Of a DNA stretch of 64,000 nucleotides, positions 40,242-50,598 are shown one piece after another. Every line of letters starts with the position of its first letter. Position 1 is the stretch's first letter. Source of the stretch: an uncultured Candidatus Rokubacteria bacterium. Its GTDB lineage: Bacteria; Methylomirabilota; Methylomirabilia; Rokubacteriales; CSP1-6. The notes below the pieces were generated by a model. That model was given only the letters and a program-made list of their open reading frames with translations. It was not told the DNA's origin and did no database searches. Both the position numbers and the translations under genes were made by a program. The DNA lies in contig CAVVEU010000008.1 of NCBI GenBank assembly GCA_963747235.1, forward strand, positions 224,001 through 288,000, read 5' to 3'.

Positions 40242-41211
40242 CTACTGCTCCTGCTGCTGCTGGGCCGCGATCTCCTCGGCGGCCAGCTTGAGCCGGTCCC
40301 GCCGGCGCTCCGGGATCTCCTGGTAGACCGGCACGTCGATCTGCTCCATCTCCTCGTGCAGCGCCGAGATGTCCTTGGGGGTGGACTCCTGGGTGCGCAC
40401 CTCGGTGCGCAGCGTCTCGTCCGCGTTGCCGCGGAAGATGCCCTTGTTGGGCGGCACGTCGTCGTAGTGGCGGCCGTGGCCCACCACCACGTAGTGGCCG
40501 TCGATCTCCCGGTTGTGGGTCGGATCGAACGGCACCCAGCCCGCGGACGGCGAGTAGAACTCCACCCACGCGTGGCTCTGGGCGGTCTCGGCCCTCGCGC
40601 GGCGGCATGTGCAGGTAGCCGCTCACGTAGCGGCAGGGGATCTGGCGCAGCCGCAGCAGGCCGAGCATGAGGTGGGTGAAGTCCTGGCAGACGCCCGCCC
40701 CCGCGGCGAGGAAGTCGTCGCTGGTGGAGTCGTAGCTGGTCACGTTCTTCTGGTAGGTGAAGTGCTCGTGGATGTGCCGCCCGCAGGCGCGCACCTGCTC
40801 GCCGAGCGGCGCGTTGGCGGGGGCGACCACGCCCTGCGCGAACTTGCGCAGCCCCGCGCTCGCCCGCACCGGCCCGTCGAAGGCGAGGAAGTCGAGCAGC
40901 GGGTAGGGCGGCTCCGGGTAGGGGCGCGCGTCGGTGACGGCGGCCAGCGCGGGCGCGGCGGGATGGGTGCTCACCGCGGAGCGCGCCACCACCTCGATCC
41001 GGTCGTGGAAGTGGACGATCGTGAAGTGGTGCACCACGTTGTGGTTCCAGTCCCGGTAGCGCGAGGTCTTGGTCGGCGGGCCCACCGCGAGCACGAAGGA
41101 CTGGAGCGTCTGGTCCCCGGTGGTCTTGGGCTGCATGCGCAGCTCGAGGAACGACTCGCGGATGTAGGCGTCGTAGGCCAGCGACAGGGTGTGCTCGATC
41201 TCGACGAACAC
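40242..41211 (-). CDS. Transglutaminase family protein (frameshift near 40590)
   Basis: GVCQDFTH, RYVSGY, HAWVE, FDPT; Gln-rich C-terminus. Confidence 0.9.
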
Positions 41212-41221
41212 GGCGGCGTCC

Positions 41222-42181
41222 TCAGGTCCCGAAGTACACGGTGGAGACCGCGTCGTGGGCGCGGCCCAGCTCGACGAGGACGTGATCGAGGAAGGACAGG
41301 CTCTGCCCCTCGCGGATCAGGTCGTGCCCCTGGTAGGAGAGCTCGGCGGCCAGCTTGCCCACGATCCGCACCGACTGGCTCAGGTCGCTCGCGCTCGAGA
41401 TGCGGTCGAGGTACTCCTTGACCGCGGTGACGCCGTAGCGCACCGAGCGGGGCGTCTGCGCGTCGAAGAGCAGGAACTGCAGCACGTCGATCGGCTCGAG
41501 GCGGGCCCCGAAGACCTTCCGGTAGTTCTCGAGCGAGGAGAGCCCGCGCAGGAGGCTGCGCCACTGGCTGTAGAAGAGCGGCAGGTCGATCTTGGGCTCG
41601 GCGGCCACCAGCGCGGGCAGCTTGGTGCGAAGGATGACGGTGGTGCGGAACACCCGCTCGAACGACTCGCCGAGCTTGAGGAAGAGCCAGCCCGCGTCGC
41701 GGGTCAGGGTGTGCTCGATCGCGCCCACCGCGCTCAGGATGCCGCGATGGGTCGCCTGCATCGCGGTGCGAAACGTCGCGGGATCCGAGAGGCGGCGCCG
41801 GTTGAAGGCCTCGAGCTCCCGGTAGGTCTCGTTGAGGTTGATGAAGCACTCCAGCGTCAGGGCCTCGCGCACCGAGCGGGCGTTGTCGCGCGCCTTCTTG
41901 AGCGAGTGGAAGACCGAGTAGCGGTTCTCGGGATCGATGGAGAGCCCCAGCAGGGTGGTGGCGGCGAGCCCGGCCAGGTGCCGGGCCGGGGGCTCGTCCT
42001 CCGGGAACCCCGGGAAGATCGCGCGCACGTCCTCCCACTCGCAGCGGGCGAGCTGCTCGTCGAGCCCGAGCACCTCGGTGGAGAGCTCCTCGGTCACCAG
42101 GAGCAGGCGCGTGGTGTTCTCGGCGCGCTCCAGGTAGCGCCCCATCCAGTAGAGCCCGTCCGCGACGCGGGAGAGGATCAT
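41222..42181 (-). CDS. Alpha-E domain protein
   Basis: LSRVADGLYWMGRYLERAEN, ARDNAR..RE, G...ER, PRS. Confidence 0.9.
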   Translation of the reverse strand: MILSRVADGLYWMGRYLERAENTTRLLLVTEELSTEVLGLDEQLARCEWEDVRAIFPGFPEDEPPARHLAGLAATTLLGLSIDPENRYSVFHSLKKARDNARSVREALTLECFINLNETYRELEAFNRRRLSDPATFRTAMQATHRGILSAVGAIEHTLTRDAGWLFLKLGESFERVFRTTVILRTKLPALVAAEPKIDLPLFYSQWRSLLRGLSSLENYRKVFGARLEPIDVLQFLLFDAQTPRSVRYGVTAVKEYLDRISSASDLSQSVRIVGKLAAELSYQGHDLIREGQSLSFLDHVLVELGRAHDAVSTVYFGT

Positions 42182-43614
42182 GGCTCGCGCGGCGCGAGGA
42201 CCCAGGTGTCCTTGCTGCCCCCGCCCTGGGAGGAGTTCACCACGTAGGAGCCCTCGCGGAGGGCGACCCGGGTGAGGCCGCCGGGCAGGACCCGGATGCG
42301 ATCGCCGTAGAGGATGAACGGGCGCAGGTCCACCCGGCGCGGCACGAACTTGCCCTCGATGTGGGTGGGGTGCGTGGAGAGCTGGACGAGCGGCTGGGCG
42401 ATGTAGTTGCCCGGGTTCTTCTTCATCGCGGCCAGGTAGGTCTCGCGCTCCTTGGCGGCCGCGAACGGCCCCATGAGCATGCCGTAGCCGCCCGCGTCCC
42501 CGGTGGTCTTCACCACGAGCTCGTCGAGGTGCTCGCTGATGTACTTGAAGTCGTCCTTGCGGAACCCGAGGTAGGTCGGCACCTGGGGCAGGAGCGCGTC
42601 CTCGCCCAGGTAGTACTTGATGAGGTTGGGCATGAACGCGTAGACCGACTTGTCGTCGGCCACCCCCGCGCCCGGCGCGTTGGCGAGCGCCACGTTGCCC
42701 TCGCGGTACACGTTGAGCAGGCCGGGCACGCCCAGCATGCTGTCGCGCCGGAAGGCGAGGGGATCGAGGAAGTCGTCGTCGATCCTCCGGTAGATCACGT
42801 CCACCTGGCGCTTGCCGTGGGTGCGCCGCATGAAGAGGTGATTGCCCTCCACCAGCAGGTCGCGCCCCTCCACCAGCGGCACGCCCATCTCGCGCGCGAG
42901 GAACGAGTGCTCGAAGTAGGCCGAGTTGTGGATGCCCGGGCTCAGCACGACCACCACCGGGTTCTGGCCGCGCCGCGGGGCCACGAAGCGGAGGGTCTCG
43001 AGCAGCAGGGTCGGGTAGTCCTTGATCGGGCGCACCGGGTAGGAGCCGAGGAACTCGGGGAAGACGCGGCTCAGGAGGTTGCGGTTCTCCAGCACGTAGG
43101 AGACGCCGCTCGGCACGCGGCAGTTGTCCTCGAGGACGAGGTAGTCCCCCTTGTCGTCGCGGATGATGTCGGTGCCGACCACGTGGGTGAAGATCTTGCG
43201 GGCCGGGACCACGCCGAGGAGCTCCCGCTTGTACTCCTTGCGCGACAGGATGAGGTCCGCGGGGACGATGCCGTCCTTGATGCACTTCTGGTCCTGGTAG
43301 ATGTCGGCGAGGAAGAGATTCAGCGTGGTGATGCGCTGGACGAGGCCGTCCTGGAGGCCCTTCCATTCGGCGGCGGGGATGATGCGGGGGACGAAGTCGA
43401 ACGGGAAGATGCGCTCGAGCCCGTCCTTCTCCCCGTAGACCGTGAAGGTGATGCCCTGGCTCCGCAGGGTGAGCTGCTGCAGCCGCTCGCGGCGCTCCAC
43501 GTCCTCCTTGGTGAAGGACTCGAGGATGGAGATGAGGGCCTCGTAGTGGGCGCGGGGATGGCCGTGGCGGTCGAAGACCTCGTCGAAGCCGTTCCGGGGC
43601 GCGACCCACTTCAT
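42178..43614 (-). CDS. Circularly permuted type 2 ATP-grasp protein
   Basis: GITF.VY, LEDN.RVPSG.SY, NSAYFEH, VDLRPF, NSSQGGGSKDTW. Confidence 0.93.
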   Translation of the reverse strand: MKWVAPRNGFDEVFDRHGHPRAHYEALISILESFTKEDVERRERLQQLTLRSQGITFTVYGEKDGLERIFPFDFVPRIIPAAEWKGLQDGLVQRITTLNLFLADIYQDQKCIKDGIVPADLILSRKEYKRELLGVVPARKIFTHVVGTDIIRDDKGDYLVLEDNCRVPSGVSYVLENRNLLSRVFPEFLGSYPVRPIKDYPTLLLETLRFVAPRRGQNPVVVVLSPGIHNSAYFEHSFLAREMGVPLVEGRDLLVEGNHLFMRRTHGKRQVDVIYRRIDDDFLDPLAFRRDSMLGVPGLLNVYREGNVALANAPGAGVADDKSVYAFMPNLIKYYLGEDALLPQVPTYLGFRKDDFKYISEHLDELVVKTTGDAGGYGMLMGPFAAAKERETYLAAMKKNPGNYIAQPLVQLSTHPTHIEGKFVPRRVDLRPFILYGDRIRVLPGGLTRVALREGSYVVNSSQGGGSKDTWVLAPREP

Positions 43615-43706
43615 GGACGCGTCGCCTCCTCTGGGTCTAGAGGCTCTCTCGCGGGGCCGCCGGGTGTCAAGGCGCCCCGGGCCCGCGTGGTAGACTGGCG
43701 GGCGTC

Positions 43707-44258
43707 ATGTCGGCCGACCCGGCCCACCCGCCGCACACCCACCTCACGCCGGAGACGATCCGCTTCTGCCCCCTCTGCGGCGCGGGCCTCGTCCGGCAGC
43801 CGGTCGGGCCCGAGAAGCGCCCGGAGATGGTGTGCCCCGGCTGCAACTTCATCTACTACGTGAACCAGAAGGTGGTCGCGGGCACCATTCCGTGGCAGGA
43901 CGGCCGCCTCCTGCTCACCCGCCGGGCGATCACTCCCGCGCTCGGCAAGTGGACGTTCCCCGGCGGCTACGTGGACTGGGGCGAGACGGTGGACGCGGGC
44001 GCGCTCCGCGAGACGTGGGAGGAGACCGGGCTCACCGTCGAGCTGGACGGGCTGATCGGCGTGTACTCCTACGCGAAGGCCCCGGTGGTCATCGTGGTCT
44101 ACGAGGCGGTCGTGACGGGCGGCACCCTGACCGTCTGTCACGAGAACGACCGCCTCGAGTGGGTGACGCCCGCGGAGATCCCGTGGGACGAGCTGGCCTT
44201 CCCGTCCACGGTGGCGGCGGTGCGCGATTTCCTGACGCGCCGGACCACCCGCGGCTGA
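43707..44258 (+). CDS. NUDIX hydrolase with N-terminal zinc ribbon
   Basis: FCPLCG...CPGC, PGG...GE......RETWEETG. Confidence 0.9.
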   Translation: MSADPAHPPHTHLTPETIRFCPLCGAGLVRQPVGPEKRPEMVCPGCNFIYYVNQKVVAGTIPWQDGRLLLTRRAITPALGKWTFPGGYVDWGETVDAGALRETWEETGLTVELDGLIGVYSYAKAPVVIVVYEAVVTGGTLTVCHENDRLEWVTPAEIPWDELAFPSTVAAVRDFLTRRTTRG

Positions 44259-44302
44259 CCGGATCCGGCTCAAGACAACGCGCTACCCACGTGACCTCGG
44301 TG

Positions 44303-44725
44303 TCACGGTCGCTCGTCCGGTGACGATCTTCTCGCCTTTCCCTTGGCGGCGGCGCGCTCGAGGAAGCGGGCGAGGTCGGCCACCATGACGCGCTCGTGCC
44401 GCCCCTCCGCGATCTTCTCCACGTCGTCCCACGCCTCGACCTCGAAGAGGTAGCGGAGGCCATCGGTCTCCCGCAGGACGGCCGTGGCGCGCACGCGCAT
44501 GCCGGGAGGCGTGGCGGCCAGATGGCGCACGTCGACGCCGGTGCCCACGGTGGCCGCGCCCGGCGCCAGGTGCGGGACCATCACCGCGTGCGCCGCGTGC
44601 TCGAGCAGGTTGATGACGAACGGGGTCGCGAAGACCGTGACGCCCGGATTGCCGAGGGCGTCGGCGGTGAGCTCGCGCGTGACGACGCGCTCCACGGTGG
44701 CGGCCTGTCCGGGCTCGAGCGGCAT
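44303..44725 (-). CDS. FlK-like hotdog thioesterase
   Basis: VFATP...LE, TVG..V.VRHLAATP.G, G.HER. Confidence 0.88.
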   Translation of the reverse strand: MPLEPGQAATVERVVTRELTADALGNPGVTVFATPFVINLLEHAAHAVMVPHLAPGAATVGTGVDVRHLAATPPGMRVRATAVLRETDGLRYLFEVEAWDDVEKIAEGRHERVMVADLARFLERAAAKGKARRSSPDERP

Positions 44726-44790
44726 GGGGTCTCTTCTTCTACCCCGATTGCCGCGCCAGGTCAACGGCCCGGGGCACGTATACTTGCCCG

Positions 44791-45970
44791 GTGCCCGTCC
44801 TCCTGGCCGCCCTCGGCGTGCTGCTCGTCTCCCTCGATTCCGCGATCAACATCGCGCTCCCCGCGATGGCCGCCGCCTTCGGGGTCGGGCCGGCGGAGAT
44901 TCGCTGGGTCATCATCTGCTACGTCCTCACCTACGCGTTCACCGCGTTCGCGGCGGGCCTGCTCGCGGATCGTCTCGGCCCCGGGCCGGTCTTCACGACC
45001 GGGCTCTGGCTCTGCGCGGCCGGCTTCGTGGGCTACGCGCTCGCCTCCTCCTACGGGACGGTGCTGCTGCTGCGCGTGGTGCAGGGCGTGGGCAGCGGGA
45101 TGGTCTACGGGACCGCGCCCGCGCTGGTGACGCTGTCGCTGCCGGCCGCGCGGCACGGCCGCGGGCTCGGCACGATGAGCCTCGGCATCGGCGTCGGCCT
45201 CGGGGTGGGCCCGGTGCTGGGCGGCCTGCTCGTGGACGGCTTCGGCTGGCCCGCCGCCTTCGTGTTCCGCGCGCCGCTGTTCCTGATCCTGGCGCTGCTC
45301 GCCCTCACGCGGTTCGGCCGGGTCGCCGGGGCCGCGCCCACGCCGCGCCGGCTCGCGCTGGCCGACCTGCTGCGCCTGCCCGTGCTCCGCGCGGGCACGC
45401 TCGCGTTCCTGTCGCAGTACGCGCAGTTCGCGGTCTGGCTGCTGATCCCGTTCTTCCTGGTGACCGCGCGCGGCCTCTCGCCCAGCGTGGGCGGCGTGGT
45501 CTTCGTGCTCACCCCGCTCGCCACCGCGCTCGCGGCGCCGCTGGGGGGGCTATTGACCGATCGCATCGGCCCGCGGTGGCCGCTCCGCATCGGGCTCGCG
45601 CTCGAGGCGGCCGGGCTGCTCGCGATCGGCGCGGTCAGCGAGACGACGCCGATCGCGCTCCTCGGCGCCGCCATGGCCCTGGTGGGCTTCGGGGCCGGCC
45701 TCTTCCAGGTGCCGAACCTGGCCCTGATGATGGCCGCGTTTCCGCCCGCGCAGCAGGGCGCGGCGGGCGGGCTCGCGTTCCTCGGGCGCACGCTGGGGAG
45801 CGCGGTGGGCGTGCAGGCGACCGGGCTGCTCTTCGCGGCGCGACTGCCGCGCGACGGCTTTCTCGCCGCCTTCCACGCGGCCTTCCTGGCCGCCGGCCTC
45901 GTGTGCGTCCTCGCGGCGGCTGCTGGCGCTGCTGCCGGCCCGGTCGTCCGCCCCGCGCGGCGGCCGGTGA
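44791..45970 (+). CDS. MFS transporter 1
   Basis: LDSAINIALP, LADRLG; probable true stop TGA at 45968 after a 1-nt indel near 45918. Confidence 0.8.
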
Positions 45971-47181
45971 GCGTGCGCGGCTCGCCGTACCGGTGGGCGA
46001 TCCTCGCGGTCTGCGTCGCGGGCTTCATGCAAACCCACGTGCATCGCGTCGGCTTCGCCCCGCTGATCCCGACCTTCATCGCGGACATGGGGCTCACCTA
46101 CGCGGCGGCGGGGACCATCATGGCCGCGTACTTCTGGAGCTACGCGGTGATGCAGATCCCGGTCGGCGTGCTCACCGACCGGCTCGGCGCGCGTCGCGTG
46201 ATGCTCGGCTGCATGGGCGTGATGGCGGTGGGCGCGGTGGCCTTCTCCCTGAGCCACAGCTATGCCGAGAGCCTGATCGCGCGCTGCCTGCTCGGCACGG
46301 GCGCGGCGGCCACCTGGCTGCCGGGCCTGCGCCTGATCCAGGAGTGGTTCGAGCCGCGCGAGCGTGGCCTCGCGACCGGGCTCTTCTCGGCGGGCGGCGG
46401 CGTGGGCGCCACCACCGCCCTGCTGCTCCTGCCGATCATGGCCCAGCATCTCGGCTGGCGGGTGGGCTACGCGCTGCTCGCGGTGCCGGTGCTGGGCACC
46501 ATGGCCGCGGTCTGGTTCCTCGTGCGGGCCGAGCCCCGCGAGCGCGCCGCCGGCGCGGTGGCGGGCGTGCCGACCCAGTTCCTCGCCGCGATGCGCGAAG
46601 TGCTCGCGACGCCCGCGCTCTGGCCGTTCAACCTCTACGTGATCTTCTCCTACGGCGGCTACTTCGCCCTGCTCACCTGGCTGCCGACCTTCCTCGTGAG
46701 ATCGGAAGGGCTGACCCAGGCCGGCGCGGGCTTCGTGACCGCCCTCATCACCGGTGGCACCATCGTGTCGTGGCCGCTGGCCGGGTACCTGTCCGATCGC
46801 TTCGGGCGCCGCAAGCCGATCTTCCTGGTGAGCCAGGCCGCGAGCGTGCTGGTGTGCCTGGCCTTCGCCTACCTGGTACCGGGTACCGGGCTCGCGGGCG
46901 CGGCGGCGGTCGCCGCGTGCGCCGGGCTCCTCCTCGGGGGCCTGATCACGCCGTTCGTGATGGTGACCGAGCTGGTGCCGCCGCGCCTGATGGGGACCGC
47001 GTCCGGCGTGGTCAACGCCTTCTGCTTCGTGGGCGGGCTGCTGGTGCCGGTGGCGCTGGGCTACGCGCTCGACGTGACCGGAAGCTTTCCCGTCGCCTTC
47101 GCCGCCTGCGCGGTCTTCGAGGTGGTGGCCCTCGCCATCGGCATGTTTGCGCGGGAAACCGGACGCCGGGCCGCGGTATGA
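45967..47181 (+). CDS. MFS transporter 2
   Basis: GTGA overlap; QIPVGVLTDRLGAR, WFEPRERG, LSDRFGRRK. Confidence 0.82.
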   Translation: MSVRGSPYRWAILAVCVAGFMQTHVHRVGFAPLIPTFIADMGLTYAAAGTIMAAYFWSYAVMQIPVGVLTDRLGARRVMLGCMGVMAVGAVAFSLSHSYAESLIARCLLGTGAAATWLPGLRLIQEWFEPRERGLATGLFSAGGGVGATTALLLLPIMAQHLGWRVGYALLAVPVLGTMAAVWFLVRAEPRERAAGAVAGVPTQFLAAMREVLATPALWPFNLYVIFSYGGYFALLTWLPTFLVRSEGLTQAGAGFVTALITGGTIVSWPLAGYLSDRFGRRKPIFLVSQAASVLVCLAFAYLVPGTGLAGAAAVAACAGLLLGGLITPFVMVTELVPPRLMGTASGVVNAFCFVGGLLVPVALGYALDVTGSFPVAFAACAVFEVVALAIGMFARETGRRAAV

Positions 47182-47189
47182 TGGCGGCC

Positions 47190-48779
47190 ATGGAGATCCT
47201 CGACCCGGTCGGCTCGACTGCAGCAGCGTCCCGGACGCTCGCCCCGCGGCCCGCCACGCTGGCGGGCGCGGTCATCGGCGTGCTCGACAACTCGAAGCCC
47301 AATGCCCGCGTCCTGCTGGAAGGCGTGGCCCGCGCGCTCGCCCAGAAGGTCGGGGCGCGCGACGTGAAGATCTGGGGCAAGCCCGGCGCCTCCATCGGCG
47401 CCACCACCGCCGTCCTCGACGAGATCGCCGCGCAGTGCGGCGCCGTCCTCACCGCCTCCGCCGACTGAGGGTCGTGCACGTCGTGGAGTATCCACGACGC
47501 CACGCAGCTGGAAGGGCGGGGGATCGCCACCGTCGTCCTGGGCACGCATGAGTTCCGCCCGCTCGCGCTCGCCGAGGCGAAGGCCAAGGGGCTTCCCGAT
47601 CTCGGCATCGTCACGGTGCCGCATCCCATCGGCGGCATCGCCGAGAAGCTCGTCGCGGACAAGGCGCTGAACGCGGTGGACGCGGTGCTGGCCGCGCTCA
47701 CCCGCGGCGCGGCGGCCGGCGCCGGCGCGGGAGCGGTCGAGGGCGCGGTCGCCCGGCACCGGGTCCCGGACGATCTGCTCGACTTCCAGGGCTTCATGAT
47801 GGAGCGCGGCTGGGGCGACGGGCTGCCGATGATCCCGGCGACGCCCGAGCGCGTCGCGGCCATGCTCGCGGGCACCGGCCGGCCCGCGGGCGATCTGGTG
47901 GCGATCCTGCCGCCGCGGCTCGGCCGCGCGACGGTGGAGCGCGTCGCGGTCAACGCGGTGCTGGCCGGCGCGCTGCCCGAGCATTTCCCGGTCATCCTGG
48001 CCGCGGTCGAGGCGGTGGCGCAGCCCGCGTTCAACCTCCAGGCGATCCAGACCACCACGCATCCCTGCTCGCCGCTGATCATCGTCAACGGGCCGATCGC
48101 GGCGCGGCTCGGCATCAACGGGGCGGGCAACGCGCTCGGGCAGGGCCATCGCGCCAACGCGGTGATCGGGCGCGCGCTGCGGCTGGTGCTGCAGAACACC
48201 GGCGGGGCGCGGCCGGGGAGCGAGGACCGCGCCACCCAGGGCCATCCCGGCAAGTACAGCTACTGCGTCGCCGAGAACGAGGCCGCCTCGCCGTGGGAGT
48301 CGCTGTCGGTGGAGCGCGGGTTCCCGGCGGAGGTGAGCACGGTGACGGTGTGCGCCTCCGAGAGCCCGCACAACATCAACGACCACGGCTCGTTCACCCC
48401 CGAGGGCATCCTCACCACGGTGGCGGGCACGGCGGCGACGGTCGGCTCCAACAACATCTACCTGGGCGGCGAGCCGCTGGTGATCCTGGGGCCGGAGCAC
48501 GCGGCCACCGTGGCGGGCGGAGGCTGGAGCAAGGCGGATTTCAAGCGCGCGCTCTGGGAGCGGGCGCAGGTGCCGCTCTCGCGCTTCGACCCCGCGAACC
48601 TGGCGCGCTTCGAGGTCATTCATCCGGCCGGGTTCAAGGACCGGCCGCCCGAGACGCTGGCCCCGCTCGCGCGGGCGTGGACCGACATCATGATCGTGGT
48701 GGCGGGCGGGGCGGGCAAGCACTCCGTGCTGATCCCCACCTTCGGGGCCACGCGCTCGGTCACGCTCCGGATCGGGTAG
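47190..48779 (+). CDS. UGSC selenoprotein fused to an uncharacterised GWxDGLP partner domain (about 529 aa)
   Basis: MEILDP..LDNSKPN...SAD-TGA(47466)-GSC, continuing in frame to PHPIGG and GWGDGLP...NAVLAG...GHPGKY...ENE..SPW. Confidence 0.88.
47479..47499 (+). promoter_or_regulatory. Putative SECIS hairpin
   Basis: CGTCGTGG-AGTAT-CCACGACG beginning at the 11th nt after TGA. Confidence 0.75.
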
Positions 48780-50406
48780 GGGCGTAGAGGCGGGCGAAGT
48801 ACTCCCGCACCATGCGATCCGAGCTGAAGCGCTCGGTCGCCATCCGGATCGACGCGCGCATCATGGTGGTCCAGCGCGCGGGATCCGCGAACGCGGGCAG
48901 GACGAGGCCCTCGAGCGTGTCGTAGAGCGAGTCCAGGTCGCGCGGGTCCGGATCGGCCGGGGTCGTCTCGTCGCCGATCGCCCAGCCGGTGACGCCGTGC
49001 TCGCAGCCCTCCGGCCACCAGCCGTCGAGCACCGAGAGGTTCAGCGTGCCGTTCATCGCCGCCTTCATCCCGGACGTGCCGCTGGCTTCCATCGGGCGGC
49101 GCGGCGTGTTCAGCCACACGTCGGCGCCGCGGGTGAGCACGCGGCCGAGCGCCATGTCGTAGTCCTCGAGGAACGCCACGCTCTCGGGCCACTGGCGCAG
49201 CGCGGCCACGAGCCGGGCGATCACCGCCTTGCCCTCGTGATCCGCCGGGTGCGCCTTGCCCGCGAAGAGGACCTGGACGCGGTGCCGCTTGACCAGGGCC
49301 GCGAAGCGCTCCGGATCGCGCAGCAGCAGGTCGGGCCGCTTGTAGGTCGCGGCGCGCCGCGCGAAGCCGATGGTGGGCGCGGCCGGATCGAGCCGCACCC
49401 CGGTGCGCGTCCGCACCTCCGCGAGCAGCTCGGCCTTGAGCGCGCGCTTGGCCGCCAGCAGCCGCTCGTCGCTCGCCTGCGCGGCCGGGATGCGCGCGTC
49501 CTGCCAGGTCCCGGCGTGGACCCCGTTGGTGATCGCGATGATGGGCGCCGCGTCCTTCACGTGCGCCCACATGACGCGCGCGGTCTCGCCGTGGAGCTGC
49601 GCCACCGCGTTGGCCAGGTGGGCCAGTCGCAGGCCGGCCACCGTCATGTTGAACGGGTCGCCGCCGATCTCGGCCAGCTCGCTCGGCACCAGCTCGCAGC
49701 CGGCCCCGAGCCGTCGCAGGTCCGCGAGGGGGTGCACCTCGTTGCCCGCGGGCACCGGGGTGTGGGTGGTGAAGACGATGCGCTCGCGCGCGGCGAGCCA
49801 CGCCTCCCGGAAGGTCTGCCCGGCCTCCATGCGGTCGGCGATCATCTCGATGCCCGCGAAGACGGCGTGGCCCTCGTTGAAGTGGTAGCGCTCGACCGGC
49901 AGGTGGAGCGCGCGGAGCGCCCGCACCCCGCCGATGCCCAGCAGCATCTCCTGCGCCACGCGGCAGTCCGGGCGCGGGTCGTAGAGGCGGCGGGTGATCC
50001 AGAGATCGCGCGGATCGGTGGGCTCGAGCAGGTAGAGCGGGGCGATCGCGTAGCGGCCCACACGCCAGACACGGCACTCGACCTCGCGCGCCGCGACCCG
50101 CACGCGCACGCGCGCACCGGTGTCGGTGAGCACGTCGGGTTTCTGGTCGGTCCACTCGTCGTGGGGATAGCCGTCGGCGCCGATGTGCTGGGAGGTGTAG
50201 CCCTGGCCCCAGCGGAGCCCGATGCCGACCACGGGCAGGCCGAGGTCGCCCGCCGACTTCATGAAGTCGCCCGCGAGCACGCCGAGGCCGCCCGCGTAGG
50301 AGTGGAACTCCTCGTGCAGGCCGTACTCCATCGAGAAGTAGGCCACCAGCGGAAGGCGGGCCGGGACGTTCAACGGGGCGATCTCACATTTCCGAGCATA
50401 GGACAT
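48760..50406 (-). CDS. glgP: Alpha-glucan (glycogen/maltodextrin) phosphorylase, compact form
   Basis: YFSMEYG, GGLGVLAGD, HFNEGH, TNGVH, EASGTSGMK. Confidence 0.9.
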   Translation of the reverse strand: MSYARKCEIAPLNVPARLPLVAYFSMEYGLHEEFHSYAGGLGVLAGDFMKSAGDLGLPVVGIGLRWGQGYTSQHIGADGYPHDEWTDQKPDVLTDTGARVRVRVAAREVECRVWRVGRYAIAPLYLLEPTDPRDLWITRRLYDPRPDCRVAQEMLLGIGGVRALRALHLPVERYHFNEGHAVFAGIEMIADRMEAGQTFREAWLAARERIVFTTHTPVPAGNEVHPLADLRRLGAGCELVPSELAEIGGDPFNMTVAGLRLAHLANAVAQLHGETARVMWAHVKDAAPIIAITNGVHAGTWQDARIPAAQASDERLLAAKRALKAELLAEVRTRTGVRLDPAAPTIGFARRAATYKRPDLLLRDPERFAALVKRHRVQVLFAGKAHPADHEGKAVIARLVAALRQWPESVAFLEDYDMALGRVLTRGADVWLNTPRRPMEASGTSGMKAAMNGTLNLSVLDGWWPEGCEHGVTGWAIGDETTPADPDPRDLDSLYDTLEGLVLPAFADPARWTTMMRASIRMATERFSSDRMVREYFARLYAPTRSGA

Positions 50407-50426
50407 ACGGCAAGTAACGCAAAGTT

Positions 50427-50590
50427 ACCGGGGCGGGGCCGCGGGGGCGGCAGGTGGGCCGGGTGATCCGTTCCCCGCCCCCGCGAGCCCGGAGGCTCGC
50501 GATGCCGGATTGGGAACTCCTCGCGCAAGAGAACGAGCACGCGGGTCGTGATCAGAGGCCCACCTGCCGCCCCCGCGGCCCCGCCCCGGT
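50427..50590. repeat. Structured repeated element with perfect 34-bp terminal inverted repeats (MITE-like or ncRNA)
   Basis: 50427-50460 is the exact reverse complement of 50557-50590; core shared with about 15880-15955. Confidence 0.8.
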
Positions 50591-50598
50591 CGCGCCGG

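Noticed and set aside
44791-47181. Apparent 796-aa double MFS fusion
   Set aside because: Removing one base near 45918 restores LLALLP...GGR-stop with a GTGA overlap at 45967, so this is two genes joined by an indel
50427-50590. Inverted-repeat element as retron msr-msd, integron attC, tRNA-Sec or hammerhead/HDV ribozyme
   Set aside because: No RT or integrase in the window, no RYYYAAC/GTTRRRY ends, no T-loop/anticodon pattern, and ribozyme core motifs could not be fitted by eye
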